Source: Amoebidium appalachense (lineage: Eukaryota; Protista; Ichthyosporea). From it: a stretch of DNA of 64,000 bases. Made by a program: the position numbers and the translations under genes. Below are positions 1 to 36,004 of the stretch, piece after piece. The DNA lies in NCBI GenBank assembly GCA_963693365.1, contig CAVNZM010000017.1, positions 3,267,375 to 3,331,374 on the forward strand, read 5' to 3'. The notes beneath the pieces are model-generated. The model ran no database searches and was not told where the DNA came from. It saw nothing but the letters and a program-made list of their open reading frames with translations. Position 1 is the first letter of the stretch. Every line of letters begins with the position of its first letter.

Positions 1-200
1 TCCTAAAAGCGCTCTTGTTTGCTTCGGTTTGCATAAACGTATCATCAACCCTTCTCCCTATCACCTTTCCCCACACTCTACAAGGCTAACCTATGCCCCC
101 CCCCCGCCCCCCCCCCCCCCCTCCCCCCCCCCCCCCCCCCCCGCTCCTCCTCCCTCCACCCCCCCCCATCCTCTCCCCCCTCCCCCCTCCCCTCCCCCCC

Positions 201-244
<44 letters not shown>

Positions 245-401
245 TGCACACGCACACGCGCACACACACACATACACCACCATGTGCAGGTATCGGTATG
301 TGGCACCCCTACACCTCCTAGCCGGACATCCCCCACTCATCGGACGGCAGAGTTTTGCTTCATCACTACAGACATCACTCCCAGCGGTTCAGAATTGTGC
401 T

Positions 402-437
<36 letters not shown>

Positions 438-540
438 TGCCTCTTCCGCCCCTCACCTCCCCGCCCAAACACACACCTCTAACACAACACATACACACAT
501 GCCCGCATCCACACACACGCGTGCGCGCACACTCACACAC

Positions 541-1140
541 ACACACAAATACACACGCACACGGGAGCGTGGGTGGGCGCATTAACACACACACACAAAT
601 ACACACGCACACGGGAGCGTGGGTGGGCGCATAAACACACACACACAAATACACACGCACACGGGAGCGTGGGTGGGCGCATTAACATACACACACAAAT
701 GCACACGCACACGGGAGCGTGGGTGGGCGCATTGACACACACACACAAATGCACACGCACACGGGAGCGTGGGTGGGCGCATTGACACACACACACAGAT
801 GCACACGCACACGGGAGGGTGGGTGGGCGCATAAACACACACACACAAATACACACGCACCACGGGAGCGTGGGTGGGCGCATAAACACACACACACAAA
901 TACACACGCACACGGGAGCGTGGGTGGGCGCATTAACACACACACACAAATGCACACGCACACGGGAGGGAGGGTGGGCACATTAACACACACACACAAA
1001 TGCACACGCACACGGGAGCGTGGGTGGGCGCATTAACATACACACACAAATGCACACGCACACGGGAGCATGGGTGGGCACATTAACACACACACACAAA
1101 TACACGCACACGGGAGCGTGGGTGGGCGCATTAACACACA
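541..1140. repeat. 50-bp minisatellite, ~12 copies
   Basis: Unit ACACACAAATACACACGCACACGGGAGCGTGGGTGGGCGCATTAACACAC repeated with few substitutions. Confidence 0.92.
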
Positions 1141-1420
1141 CACACACACAGACACACACAGACAGACGCAGGTACACACGCGTGCACACGTACACACATA
1201 CTGCCATCACCAATCTCATCTTTTTGTTGTGCCCTGGCGTCGCAAATCTTGCGGGTTTGGATAGCACACAAAAACGCCTCTCGTGTCATCTTCAGATGGA
1301 TCGGGTAGAAGCAGTCATTAAGAACTGGGTGTCTGTGTTTCAAAGTTTTGAATTTTTTTTCTTTCTTTTTTTATTCTTTTTTCCTTCTTTAAGAACTGGG
1401 TGTTTGTTTGTTTTTTGCAT

Positions 1421-1456
<36 letters not shown>

Positions 1457-1604
1457 CAAAAAAAAAAAAAAAAAAAAAAGAAGAAGAAACAAAAAAAAAA
1501 AAAAAAAAAAAGAAGAAGAAGAAGGAAAAAAAAAAAAGGGGGGGGGGGGGGGGGGGGGGGGGGAAGGGGGTAGGATAGTCATGACACTAACAACCAAATA
1601 TCAG

Positions 1605-6033
<4,429 letters not shown>

Positions 6034-6608
6034 GATGGGGGTTTTTAATATATTATTCTTCGGATGATCCGCCATGAATTTTACCGGAAACATATTATGA
6101 TGACGAGGAATATAGATCCCCCAGCGCCAACCAATACCGCTGTGGGTGATTTACGTGAACGGAGATATACCTATTTTTTCTTCTTTTTACGTGAAGGGAG
6201 ATATACCGGTTTTTCCTGTTTCTTTTTCCTTTTCCTTTTTTCTTTTTCCTTTTTTCTTTTTCTTATTTTCTTTCTTTTTTTTTTCCCTCCCTGGTTTTTA
6301 AACGATCCATGGCTACCACAAATTTCACCGGACATGTGTTTCGGTGGTGAGGAACATGGGCCTCTTACGACAGGACAATACCTCTGTGGGAGATATTCGT
6401 GAGGGGAGATATAACGGAATGGAAGCAAACAGTGGGAAGGGTCTGCACCATGGCGACAGGATTATTTGGCCACGACGCCTATTTGTTTTTGATCCCTTTA
6501 CGGGAATATTACGAGATTTTCTATTGGTAACCTAGATTTTGGTGAATAATCAGCAAATTGACCCCGCCAAAACTCAGTCACACACATCCATGCACGCACA
6601 CACACACG

Positions 6609-6687
<79 letters not shown>

Positions 6688-7337
6688 CCACCACCACCAC
6701 CACCACCACCACACAATACATCCCTTCTCACCTCTTGCCGGTGGCTGGTGCCATGTCTTAAATGCAATTATCTTCCGGTGATACCGTGAAAAATGCAAAT
6801 GTAGAATGATTACGTCTTTTTAACAGCAGTTTAATTCATAAAAGGTGATGAATATTAGCCTAATGTTCACCAGTACTGCAAGTTTTTGCATGTGCTCAAA
6901 GCCTATTGTCTTTTTGAACTTAGAGATGCGAATGAACAGTTGGTTTTTACATACACTGTATGCAAACATGTTAAGATTTGGTTGCCAGCAAGTAGGATTA
7001 TACTTTAAAAACGATTTTAAATTTCATGTGAAGTGAAGTTGGCGGTGTGGCGACACACATGCAGTATATACGTAAGAGATAGTGCGTTGGAATTTTGTAA
7101 TTAGCCTGACACTGTTTTCAGGCAGAAAATCCTCCCACACGGTGGGAGGTTGAACTTAATGAATAATAATAGATTACAAATTAATGGACAAATGACCATC
7201 TCTACCGTCCCATATTATAGGTCCCTTATTAACCAAACCGTTCACAACACCCTGATCCCAAAGAAATGGGTGACATCAGAAACATCCATTACATATAATA
7301 ATAGATACTCTGACCCTACCCTCCCCCCCCCCCCCCC

Positions 7338-7382
<45 letters not shown>

Positions 7383-7399
7383 ACAAACAAACACGTACA

Positions 7400-7434
<35 letters not shown>

Positions 7435-7656
7435 AAAAAAACACCCGAAACAAAGGTAGTAAGAGGCTTAAAGCAAGATGGAGATTTTACGGCCAAAAAC
7501 ATGCTTTTATGCAGCCACACGTTGTGCAACCACACGTTGTGCACACATGCACAACGCCTATACATGACCATGCTCAGTACTTGGATAATGGCACCACCAT
7601 CGGTGCTATCAATCTATTGGGCAAACCCTGCAGAGTTTGGGCTCACCATTTTGACC

Positions 7657-11487
<3,831 letters not shown>

Positions 11488-11699
11488 GTTCGGTGTCGTG
11501 CTCAGCCTGAGGTGACAGTGACTCTAACTATTCTGACTGAGTCTCTGACGGAGAAAGTTGCGGAGAGGCTTTTCCCGCCAAATTTATAACCATATCTGGT
11601 AATGAATAAGCCCAATATGGTAGTTTCGCCAAATATTTCCCTCGGTTCCAAACCTCGGGAGTCGGCAGTCCGGTTCAGTGTTAGTAAGAGGTTGGTGTC
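11488..11699. promoter_or_regulatory. Probable bidirectional promoter between head-to-head GNAT and LRR genes
   Basis: The two predicted start codons (11487 on -, 11700 on +) are separated by only 212 bp of repeat-free sequence. Confidence 0.55.
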
Positions 11700-19780
<8,081 letters not shown>

Positions 19781-21194
19781 GCAGTGCAAATTCCTATGTA
19801 AAGAAAGATAGATCGTGTGATAATTGGTAGATCTGAGTGTTATTTTCTTAATCGAGTTTTGGGTGAGTGCCATGTACATGTTATCGAAGGCCCTTGGTCC
19901 GCCATGCATGTGCACCATCGAGCCAGTGAAGTACTCTTTTTACGGTGTACTGCACCAACATAAATTGATATTTGCGAATTTTCCGCACAAAAATACAATT
20001 AATGAATGAAGTGATTGTGTGGTGCTAAAAAAAAGTAAGTATATTATTACCCGAGTAAACTTATCGAATGAGAGCATGTACAGATACACACAAATTGTAA
20101 TTGTATTAACCGAGCGCCGCCATGGTACGTTCATGCATGCAGCAGTGGGCCGGGGAGTCCAATCACATGCTGCATCTCGAACCCCGCGCATGCAACGAAT
20201 ATGTGAGTATATAGCTGAACGAGAATAAAGCAAGGCAGAGTGATGTACATATGATGATATGTACCTGGCAGTCCTTCCCTTGTATAACTATCCGGTAAAA
20301 ACGAAATATCCCAATATGATTGAGCAGCATGCTTAAGCTCGCATATAATAAAAAAAAAGGTAAATGTATCCGGTTCGGCTAGGTAAATACCAGATCATAT
20401 GCATCTGTTTTGAAACACCTGTGAAGTGCATGCCATGAATACAGCATGGGGTTTGTACTTTGATAATGCGAGATTTCGGTTTAACTTACCATAAATGAAC
20501 TGTGTAGTATACTGTGCACACATTTCCTATTTAGCTCACATTGGGCCGCCATAAATATTAGATGTTGTTTAACTCGAATCCAGGCAGTGTTTGCATACTG
20601 TTTGGTGTTTTGTTTTACTCATGCAACTGTGTTCATTCGGTTCTCCCGTGACAACCAGTGCCACTAACATAATCCCTCTTGTAGGCGCCCTACTAGTTCA
20701 TGATCAAGATATCAACTAGCCAGTAAACTAGAATTTGCAACGAAATCAGAATGCGAAAACATATGTGGGGCTATAAATAAATCTGACCGTACGGACATTG
20801 AAGTTGCCATGGGACCAGCCACACGGCCTGAGAGATCCCACGTGCACACACCCACTGCACGTGGGATCTCTCACAGTTATTTGGGTTTGGAATGGAGGGG
20901 ATGGAATGAAGGCACACTAACATGTTAGTTTGTGGATGTGCGTGGGTGGGCATGCCTGCGTGAGCAGACGGGTGTGGGTGCGTGTATGCGTACGTGTGTG
21001 TGTGTGTTATGGTGGTGGTGTGTGTGTGTTCTTCTTTGGGGGCGGGGCGGGGCAGGGCGGGGCGGGGCGGGGGGGGGGAGGGGGGGGGGCACATTGGCAA
21101 ATCTAAAACTTGTGTTTCACCTCCACTGCGTTGCCCCAAAACATAATGTGCCTTCATTCCATCCCCTCCCCCCTCTCCCTCCCCCCCCCCCTTC

Positions 21195-21225
<31 letters not shown>

Positions 21226-21230
21226 ACCCA

Positions 21231-21293
<63 letters not shown>

Positions 21294-21411
21294 CTTGACA
21301 ACAACCACCCCCAAAAAAGGCAAGGAGGAAGAAGAAATCTCCAATCCTAAAGAGAAAACTTACAAATCAAGCTTAGCGGCAGTATTGTTTGGGCACAGGG
21401 TTCGAAAACCA

Positions 21412-27524
<6,113 letters not shown>

Positions 27525-27610
27525 GGTGCCTTTTCCTTGTGAGCTACCTCAACACACACTTCACTGCTGATGCATCAGTACAAAGAGCAGAGGACCCGTG
27601 CAGCCTCGTA

Positions 27611-28515
27611 CAGTAAACTCCCTAATTCGGAACACCCCCTAATTCGGAACACCCCCAATCGGGGCGTCTCGATGGACATAAAAACCTATAAAAATGACAG
27701 TATTTTTACATGGTTGGGTAGGGGAGTACTAGCCCTACACGCAGGTACCAAGAACAGGTGGTTTTACATATAAAAGTGGCTCCTGGCAGCGCCGATGCCG
27801 GCGGATTCTGTTGGATTCAGCAAGCGACATTAATAAAAACACAAGGCTTGCAATGGAAGAAAATCTTTGTAGCACTTAACATCTACTGGTATGAATGCAT
27901 AACTAAGAAATATACATTATGAAGAACGTTTGGTATTATAAAACATGGGTAGAGCTCTACTTCTTTGAGTACCTGACAAAGTGCTGAAAGTTGAGAGTAC
28001 TGGACCGGTAGGTGGCCGGGCGGGGGCACGATCAAATTTTCAGGCGGGAGCCGCCGCCGCCAGGCTGCCGTAGGTTTAGTGATCTTCAAGTTCAACACCT
28101 TGTTAGGTACTCGAAAAAGTAGAGCTACCACATATGGTAAATAATAAAAAAACATTCTTAGTTACAATGATTTTTCAATTGTGCAGTTATATTAGAATAT
28201 ATGAAGTGCTACAACGCATTTCTTTCATTGCAAACGTTGTTCGCTTTTTGAAGATCCCCCAACATGGAACACTGATTTGCATCGATAAGGGTGATTTTAT
28301 TGTTATACGAATTCCAATGTAATGGGGTCCATCGGAATGGAAGGTGTTCCGAATTAGGTGCGCAGCGGCGATGAGGCATAACTGGGTCGACCACAATTGT
28401 TACTAATAGAAAAAATGTAAAACATAATTTTTGCATGTTTCATATCAAAAATAGTGTTTTTTGATCACGCAAAAGTAGGTACTTCTTAGGTGTTCCGAAT
28501 TAGGGGAGTTTACTG
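27611..28515. mobile_element. Non-autonomous Tc1/mariner (pogo/Tigger-type) DNA transposon, 905 bp
   Basis: TIRs CAGTAAACTCCCTAATTCGGAACACC (27611-27636) and GGTGTTCCGAATTAGGGGAGTTTACTG (28489-28515); TA on both sides; CCTAATTCGGAACACC motif repeated at ~27638 and inverted at ~28343; no intact transposase ORF. Confidence 0.88.
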
Positions 28516-29119
28516 TACAGCCCACTTGTTGCGATTGATGAAAGCATTGATGAAACACAGGCTTCAAAGTTCAAACCCTGGGGAAACCTCGGGAGACGAC
28601 CTAAAAATAGGTTTTGGCGGGAAAATCGTGGTTTTTGATTGCAGTTTCTAAAAGTCTCGGGGGCCATGAGGCCATCATGGTGGTATGTTACATGTGCACC
28701 CGGGTTTACTGTACAGTGACGCCACCTCATTATGTAATGGAGCTTATTATTAGAGAGATAACATAGAAGTAATAAACGGGCAAAGTGCAATGAACTCTGC
28801 CGTCTAGTCTTTTCAGGGGCCACGTGGACGGGGTCACGCAAACAAGATGTTCAACACCTGCACAAGTGTGTCAGGCTGTTGATCCGATCTGCCCTGTATA
28901 CTTACGAGACGCGACCAGGCACCAGAGCGCGCAGGCGAAGAAATGATAATGCAACACCGATTTATTGTAGCAGTAAGACAGTCTGTAATACAGTGTACAC
29001 GTAGCCTACAAAAGATATATGTGTTGTAACGTAAATCGTTGTCTACTGTACACCAACTACTGAGGGGGCATGTGTAGGCACGATCGTCTGTACGTGCATC
29101 TGCCACGGAATCCCCAGGC

Positions 29120-30110
29120 TGGCCAATCAAATGTAGCCGATGCTATAGAATAAAATCGGTTATTGAAATAGTTACGTCATTCCAATACAAATACATGACT
29201 TACAGCGACTTAAATAACAGGTGAGGCAGTGAGGCGGCCGGCGGCGCTCCGGCTCAGAGGCGCTGCTGGAGCTATTGCAATACTTGGTGGTGGGCCGGAT
29301 TCATGATACAAGCAGCCTGTAGTATAAAAAAGTTATAGAAAAACAGGTATAAAAGCGCTTAGAAAACAATTAGATGTTTATATATTTTGGAGGGTGGGGG
29401 TGACGAAAATTTATCGCCCCTTTCATCCCCGCGCCACTTCAATCTTGCAAGACTACGTCATACTGTGATCAAGAAACCAATCTGAATTTGTGCCGCAAAA
29501 CACAAGTGCCTATCAGTATTTACCCAATGAGAAGCTCCAATAAAATTCTAAGCCAATCGTAGCATAGGTACCACTTCCGACCAATAACAATCTAAATAGC
29601 TCGGAACGAGTGCATACCAGCGACGATAAACATGCATGCATAATGCACTGAAGGGTTTGTGCTCTAAAAAGTAATTTCATTCTAAAAAGGAGTAACTTTC
29701 ATTGCACCTCCTTTTTTAAGAGAATTTTTCACAACATATGAAGGTGAGAAAGACAACAAAAAAAATAGATTGAGTTGTTGGGGTTTGTTTGTCACAAAAT
29801 GTCCGCCAAGTGAGCACCCGTACGTACGCGTAGCACGCCACCATCAGCACGCGCGCAGCGATCAGCGCTAGCGCGGCTACATCTGAATCAATATATATAT
29901 ATATATATATAAGTTAAAATATTGTTCATTTAATACACGATTGGTTACGTTGGAAATTTTTTATGTTAAGTCTTTTCGTCGCCTATTATCGAAAGCAGAC
30001 GTCTAATGGCAAATACATATGATACATCCCGGTGCCAACGGTTGCACATGTTTTGTCAATAACTTGATCTGTGTTTATTGCCTTTGCTTCGCTCCAAAAC
30101 GTAACCAATC
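29120..30110. promoter_or_regulatory. CCAAT-box-rich upstream region of the zinc-finger gene
   Basis: CCAAT/ATTGG at about 29124, 29478, 29524, 29537, 29553, 29581, 29940 and 30105 in repeat-free DNA; (TA)n at 29890-29911. Confidence 0.35.
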
Positions 30111-30984
30111 GCAATGTTTATTGCGGTTATGTTTACAAAAAACCCAGATCACCAAGATCTAAAGCCAAGCGCCTATTTCTTCATGCAAGTCGTGTCGTCA
30201 GGCATTTTTGTGTGATACCCTCCTGTGCACAATCACTGTGGCACCGTACGCCCATGCAGCACCGCACATATTAGATGCCCTTCAAATTAGTTTTAGGTTC
30301 CTACCGCTAAGCATGACATGGTAGTACTAGTCACTTCTCTCGACAGTACTAGTGAAGGTCTCTGTCCCGAGTCGTAGAATATGCTATTCTGAAAGTGTCA
30401 AGGTTCCTATTTTCATTCACGGTGACTGCGGTGTCGCGTATGAGCAAATAGTGTTAAGTGGTTGTCCTTGGTACCGTTTCCTGCGGGTGTGGCGCACAAA
30501 AAACACTTTTCACACGTTGATAAATTCCCAGGGAAAAGCTTCCCGTGCAGTAATGGTTGCAGCCACAGAGTGCATGCCACCCACTAGAATGTAAAAAACA
30601 AACAAAAACAAAAACAAAACTCTGCTATATACGTACTCCTACTTATATGGCTCTAACCCAATCTATCGAGTCTGTTGCTGTCATTGAGCCCATTATTACA
30701 GCGGTGCCCACCAACTCGTTGTATCTAGTTGTATGCAGCACATGCATCGATAAGGCAGGCTTCCTTTGACTCCCACGGTGCACATATTATCAATGCCGCA
30801 GTGAAGCACCAGACATTCTCTTTACTAGTTTTTTGTAACCTTACACGTTAGCCACACCTCGCATACGTAACGGTTGCACGTGCACACACATACACCACAG
30901 GGCATCTAGGTTTACAAACTTGCACATACACAAAGGACAAAACACTTCCATATATACTATCTCTTCATTTAACCAGCAACCACA

Positions 30985-32106
30985 ATGGCACACGAAGTAG
31001 ACCCCGCGGGTTCGTTTTCTGATACCGATGTGGAATCGCCACCACCCGTCAGAAACTCGGCCATGAAACGGGCGCATCAGGCAGGCGGTACACCCTCAGG
31101 AAACGAGAGCGAGCAACTCGGACGACCGGAGAGCCAGATTAGAGAGAACAGGTGTGTGCGTGTGCGACGGCGGTTAGCCGAGCTCCCAAACCGTGTGGCA
31201 TGTCTTCTGTGCCCAAAGTCGTACGGGTCCGACACGGCCATGCTTCACCACATGCGCCTGAAGCATTCTCTGTCTGCAGCGGCAGCGCGCCAGTCGTTTC
31301 TCGCACGGAAGATCAAAGAAAATTATGGAAAACCACACAGTGTCGCCGGGACACCTATAGTTGTGGATGATAAGCACTTGGTGGCACAGCACATCTCGAT
31401 GCAGCCAATTACATCCTCGGGTACGCTGGAGCCGCCCAATGAACGTGGGGCAGGGTGGGCAAGAGCCAATCAGCTCTCTCCGCCGGCCCACCACCACCCA
31501 TACGCAACCCCCACGCACCCGTTTGCGGTCCCCTCAGTTCGCACATCGAGCAACGGTCACTCCCCAGACAGCACGTGGACACCACGTGTTCCCTATTCAC
31601 ACTCACCGCACCACAACGAGCCCTCGGCCGTGTATCGCAGCGTGAGCGGTGATTCCATTGGCTATGTTCCGCGAACACCGGATGACTATGGTGGATATTC
31701 GTCTTTTGCGTTTGCCACCGGTCCGGCCATACCATATCCGGAAAACAGCTCGAGTTCGGGCCAAACCATCTCATGGCCGGCACACCAGCAGACAGATGCA
31801 TCCCCATATGCCCAGGGTGGGAAATTTGCCCCGTGCGAGCAGACTCCTCCACCCCATGTGGCACATATTGCATCATTTCCGAACGAGCGGAAAGATACGC
31901 ACGTGGAAGTGAAAAGGACGGGTAGTGAGACGACAGGTGGGAGGGAGGATCGGGCAGGGAGTGCCACTCCGGAGAGTGGTCATGGGAACAGTGTGGAGAC
32001 CACTAGTACCCATACGGCTAAATCGGTGGTGGATGAAGGTAAAAAGGCGCGGGTTTTTACGTCTCGGTTTTCGATTGCGTCACTTTTGGCCTGCGAAGGT
32101 CCGTAA
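30985..32106 (+). CDS. Intronless single C2H2 zinc-finger protein (373 aa) with C-terminal eh1 (Groucho/TLE-binding) motif; putative repressor
   Basis: Long non-repetitive ORF; CLLCPKSYGSDTAMLHHMRLKH = C-x2-C-x12-H-x4-H preceded by basic RVRRR; S/P/H-rich middle; C-terminus SRFSIASLLACEGP*. Confidence 0.85.
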   Translation: MAHEVDPAGSFSDTDVESPPPVRNSAMKRAHQAGGTPSGNESEQLGRPESQIRENRCVRVRRRLAELPNRVACLLCPKSYGSDTAMLHHMRLKHSLSAAAARQSFLARKIKENYGKPHSVAGTPIVVDDKHLVAQHISMQPITSSGTLEPPNERGAGWARANQLSPPAHHHPYATPTHPFAVPSVRTSSNGHSPDSTWTPRVPYSHSPHHNEPSAVYRSVSGDSIGYVPRTPDDYGGYSSFAFATGPAIPYPENSSSSGQTISWPAHQQTDASPYAQGGKFAPCEQTPPPHVAHIASFPNERKDTHVEVKRTGSETTGGREDRAGSATPESGHGNSVETTSTHTAKSVVDEGKKARVFTSRFSIASLLACEGP

Positions 32107-33013
32107 GTTTTACCGCGGAATGTAATATTGCTCACGTATGATAGGATTGTGTATATATATATATTTTTTTTTGTATTTCTCTGAGGTGATGAGTGGTCAT
32201 ATGTACACATGTACACAGTGTTACCGTTCAGTAAGTGAAGGTGTCGGGTATTTTGCTTCCGACCCTCGTACATACCAACTTGTGTCGATTTAAATCGTCA
32301 TTCCGACCTTTTTGTCTTTCATGAGTGTAGTTGGTTTACCAATAACACTAGGTTTTTCGTAGGATATATGAAAGCGGGCTGTATGGTTTAATCTTTCAAT
32401 TAACGGCCATAATTCTCCTTCCGTACCGTGCGGCAGTTAGGCCACACATAATGGGTCATCAGAAACGGATATGTAGTCGTTTAGTTTTGGACCCGATGTT
32501 AGCGGTTGTGATTATCGATTAATGTACACGGCTGCTTACTAGTGGGTCCTCTTTGTATATTAGACTGCTGTGCGGTTATCTTTTTTTAGAGAACCCGCTA
32601 TTATTTTCCCAAAATCTCCTGATCCCACGAGTGTAGACAAAAAATGGCGTACAACAGTGGGCGTACAACAGTGTACACTATTCTTTTGCTATGTTTCCAT
32701 TTTGAAATTTTATGCATGAATAGGTTAATATATGAACCTGTGGCTGTGTGGACAAATCTTCACACACTCGGCCCGGGGCTGTGCTCCACCAGACATCACG
32801 AAGACTGTGTTGCTTATTGGAAGACTTGCTGGGTCCAATTAACTTATCCATTATCATATGGTCTTCACCGGCTTCAGAGTTGGCTCTGTCCCTACCCACC
32901 CACCCCCGCCGCCCCCCTCTTTCCCCCTTCCTCTGAGTTCCCCTGTTCCCTTCCCCAACCTTCTTTCCCCCTCACCCCTCTCTTCCACCCATCCCCCCCC
33001 TCCTCCTTCCCCC

Positions 33014-33044
<31 letters not shown>

Positions 33045-33696
33045 ACTCCCACCCCCACCCCTCCTCCTCCCCCAAACCACACCGGCAAGGCCCTTGCATC
33101 GCACCAACTTGCATTTTCGTCCCCCGATACATGTGAGCTGGTTCGCAACCATCAGTTAGAAGGCCATTAGAATGGAGCCCCACTCCATGCCCATGGACCA
33201 TTACAAAGTATCCCACAATCAAGCACTCAAGAGCGCTGAACAGACCTGATGGGTTTTGTTGCATGTAACTTGGGTGACCTGCCGGGCCCTCGCTGCAGAT
33301 GCAGTGAATCCTTCGTCATTTTTCGTCTAGATGATGGCACGCCTGGCAATGGCCTTTTCCTAAATTGAGAGTTCACCCCATGTTGCTCAATGATCCGCAA
33401 CTTTTGCATTCATAACCAACAATTCATTGAGCACTACCGTACTCTGCAGCACACCAACCCCCTTCAATCCGGCCATCCCCGGCCCCTCCTCTCCCCTGAG
33501 GCTCCCCCCGGCTCCCCCCTCCCCTCCCCCTCCCCCCCAGCTGGCTTCCCTCTACTTACACAAGCACAAATGCACGCACAAGCTTGCGGCACCCACACAC
33601 GTGCGTACACGTGCACGTTGTGTACGTACACGCATTCACCCACCCACACACTTACACAGCTAGGTGCCCGCAATATAGAGTACAGGTGCACACACA

Positions 33697-33731
<35 letters not shown>

Positions 33732-33799
33732 CACAAACACACACACAGTGTCACACACACACACACACACACGCACACACACAACACACACACACACGT

Positions 33800-33839
<40 letters not shown>

Positions 33840-34153
33840 CAATACAACCATGATATTCGTCCCCCCCTTATCCCCCCGCCCCCTCCCCCCTCCCCCCTTT
33901 CCTTTTGCATGTTCAGGCCTGGATGAATAGTTTTCAGACTGAACACTGACATCACTGCATTCCACATCGCAGTTAATGTGATTGTCATATCCTTAAGGCA
34001 CGGGGATGTTTGAACAAAGCAAGCACGTGCAGGTATCGAAAAAGAGATAATGCGATTCACCTGAGGTCATGAGCAACCCCCCTCCCCCCCCTTCCCTTCC
34101 CCTTACCCTCCGGCTCTCTTCCCCTACACACCACACGCACACACGTGTTTGAG

Positions 34154-34206
<53 letters not shown>

Positions 34207-34755
34207 AAAAAAAAACACCTACATTTAGCTTATTGACCAGATTGAATATAGGGCTACTCACTAAGTGGTTCGAGTTATTGGCCTACGGGTGACGGTTACG
34301 CTTTTCTTGACGTGTCACGCATCATTTTCAAAAAGAATCATCGCTCGGTCTCAATTGTTACTGAAATTCTTTTCCCTCCCCTTCCTTCCCCCTCTCCCCC
34401 CACCCCCCCCCCCCCCATAATGGGTACCACCTCCATGATTATTGTGAATCATTGCAAGAGTTAGAGAAATGCCTATGTGGTGTGATGTTTTGGGCTGCAG
34501 CCTACCAAGCGCCATGCATTATTATAACGTTTTTTTGTTGTTTTTTTCATTCTTTTTTCTTTTTTTTTGGGGGGGGGGGGAGGGGGTGGGGGGAGGTGGT
34601 GGACGGCGAGGAGGGGGAGGAGGAGGGGGGGGGGGGAGGGGGGGGAGGGGGGGGACCCCAAAGGGGGGGGGGGGGGGGGGGGGGGGAGGGGGAGGGGGGC
34701 GGAACAGAAACACCTTGCCCTCTCCCCCCTCCCCTCTCCCACATCCCCTCCCCCG

Positions 34756-34797
<42 letters not shown>

Positions 34798-35138
34798 GAT
34801 TTTCAATAAAGCCTGTAGCAACTAAGTCCCGAGCTGTTTTTGGAACTTTATTTCAATTGAAATATAGTGCAACACGTTTCCCTTGAAATCCATTGCACAA
34901 ATACAAAGAACCAAACAAACTAACAAACAGACCCCGTGCACGGGTCACTGCAAGTACCTGGCCAATAGATTCGCACCAACAGCTCGGCAATTGGGTGTGA
35001 GCCGGTTTGCCAGTATTGGTAAAAGGAATCATACAAAGCAGGGCCCACCCATTCCCGTGCCCGTGGTCCAGTTGAATCTCGCCCCACAAGCAAGCACCAA
35101 AAAAAAGAGTGCTAGAAAAGGGAAGCCAGGGGCTGGTG

Positions 35139-35570
35139 TCAGAAGTCTTGGGTGACCTTCCGAGCCTCAATCGCACTGCTGGTGCAAATGCTGGCGTGAA
35201 GTTGCTCAACGAACGCTACCTTGTGAATGCCAAACAACGTTGTACGAAACACTACCGACCCAGAGGCACTTACACCCATTCCCTCCCTCCAACACCCCCC
35301 TCCTCCCTCCCCCCTCCCCCTCCCCCTTCCCCCCAGCTCAGCTCAGCCCCTCTTTCTCCTCCGCTCAGTGAATAACAAATAAAGTGGTGAAGAAAAGAAC
35401 CATGACACATGTGCAGGCACGTACGCACATCGTGGTACGTCCACACTTTTACACACAAACACACGCACGAAGGCACGCACAAGTGCACCCACTCGCACAA
35501 AACAGGGGTACATGCACGCTCGCACACTTGCACACACACACACACAGATGTGCACATACACACACGTGCG

Positions 35571-35609
<39 letters not shown>

Positions 35610-35821
35610 TCGAACAGCGTCACCATTGTTCTACCATCAGCTCCCCCCCCCCCCCCCCCCCCCCCCCCTCCCCTCCCCTCCCTCCCAAATACTGCAGTCG
35701 AGTAATAAGTAGGGCCTGCTTGAAGATCACTTACCAATTTATTGTGTTTCAGTGATGCTACAAGCCGCTGGTTTAGCATTCTTGAGAGCCTCCAAAGCGC
35801 AATGGTTCCCATATCTTGTCG
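35139..35821 (-). other. Possible exons of an unidentified or decayed minus-strand gene
   Basis: Blocks 35821-35735 (strong GTAAGT donor) and 35219-35139 splice to RQDMGTIALWRLSRMLNQRLVASLKHNKL|VAFVEQLHASICTSSAIEARKVTQDF*; flanked by intron-type repeats; no recognised domain. Confidence 0.22.
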
Positions 35822-35862
35822 CTAAATCTCTGAGACATTAATTTGGCCTTGCCCTGTGATAC

Positions 35863-35905
<43 letters not shown>

Positions 35906-36004
35906 AAAAAAAAAAAAAACAGAAAAGAAAAGAAGAAAAAAAAAAACCCTCCCACCCCCCTTCCCGTTGCCAAAGGAAGCCTCAAGCTGCTCATTCGGAT
36001 CAAA

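Noticed and set aside
20803-20816. RFX X-box (GTTGCCATGGGACC)
   Set aside because: Imperfect second half-site, located between convergent 3' ends rather than in a promoter.
27883-28155. Transposase ORF inside the MITE
   Set aside because: Short, with no recognisable HTH or DDE/D motif.
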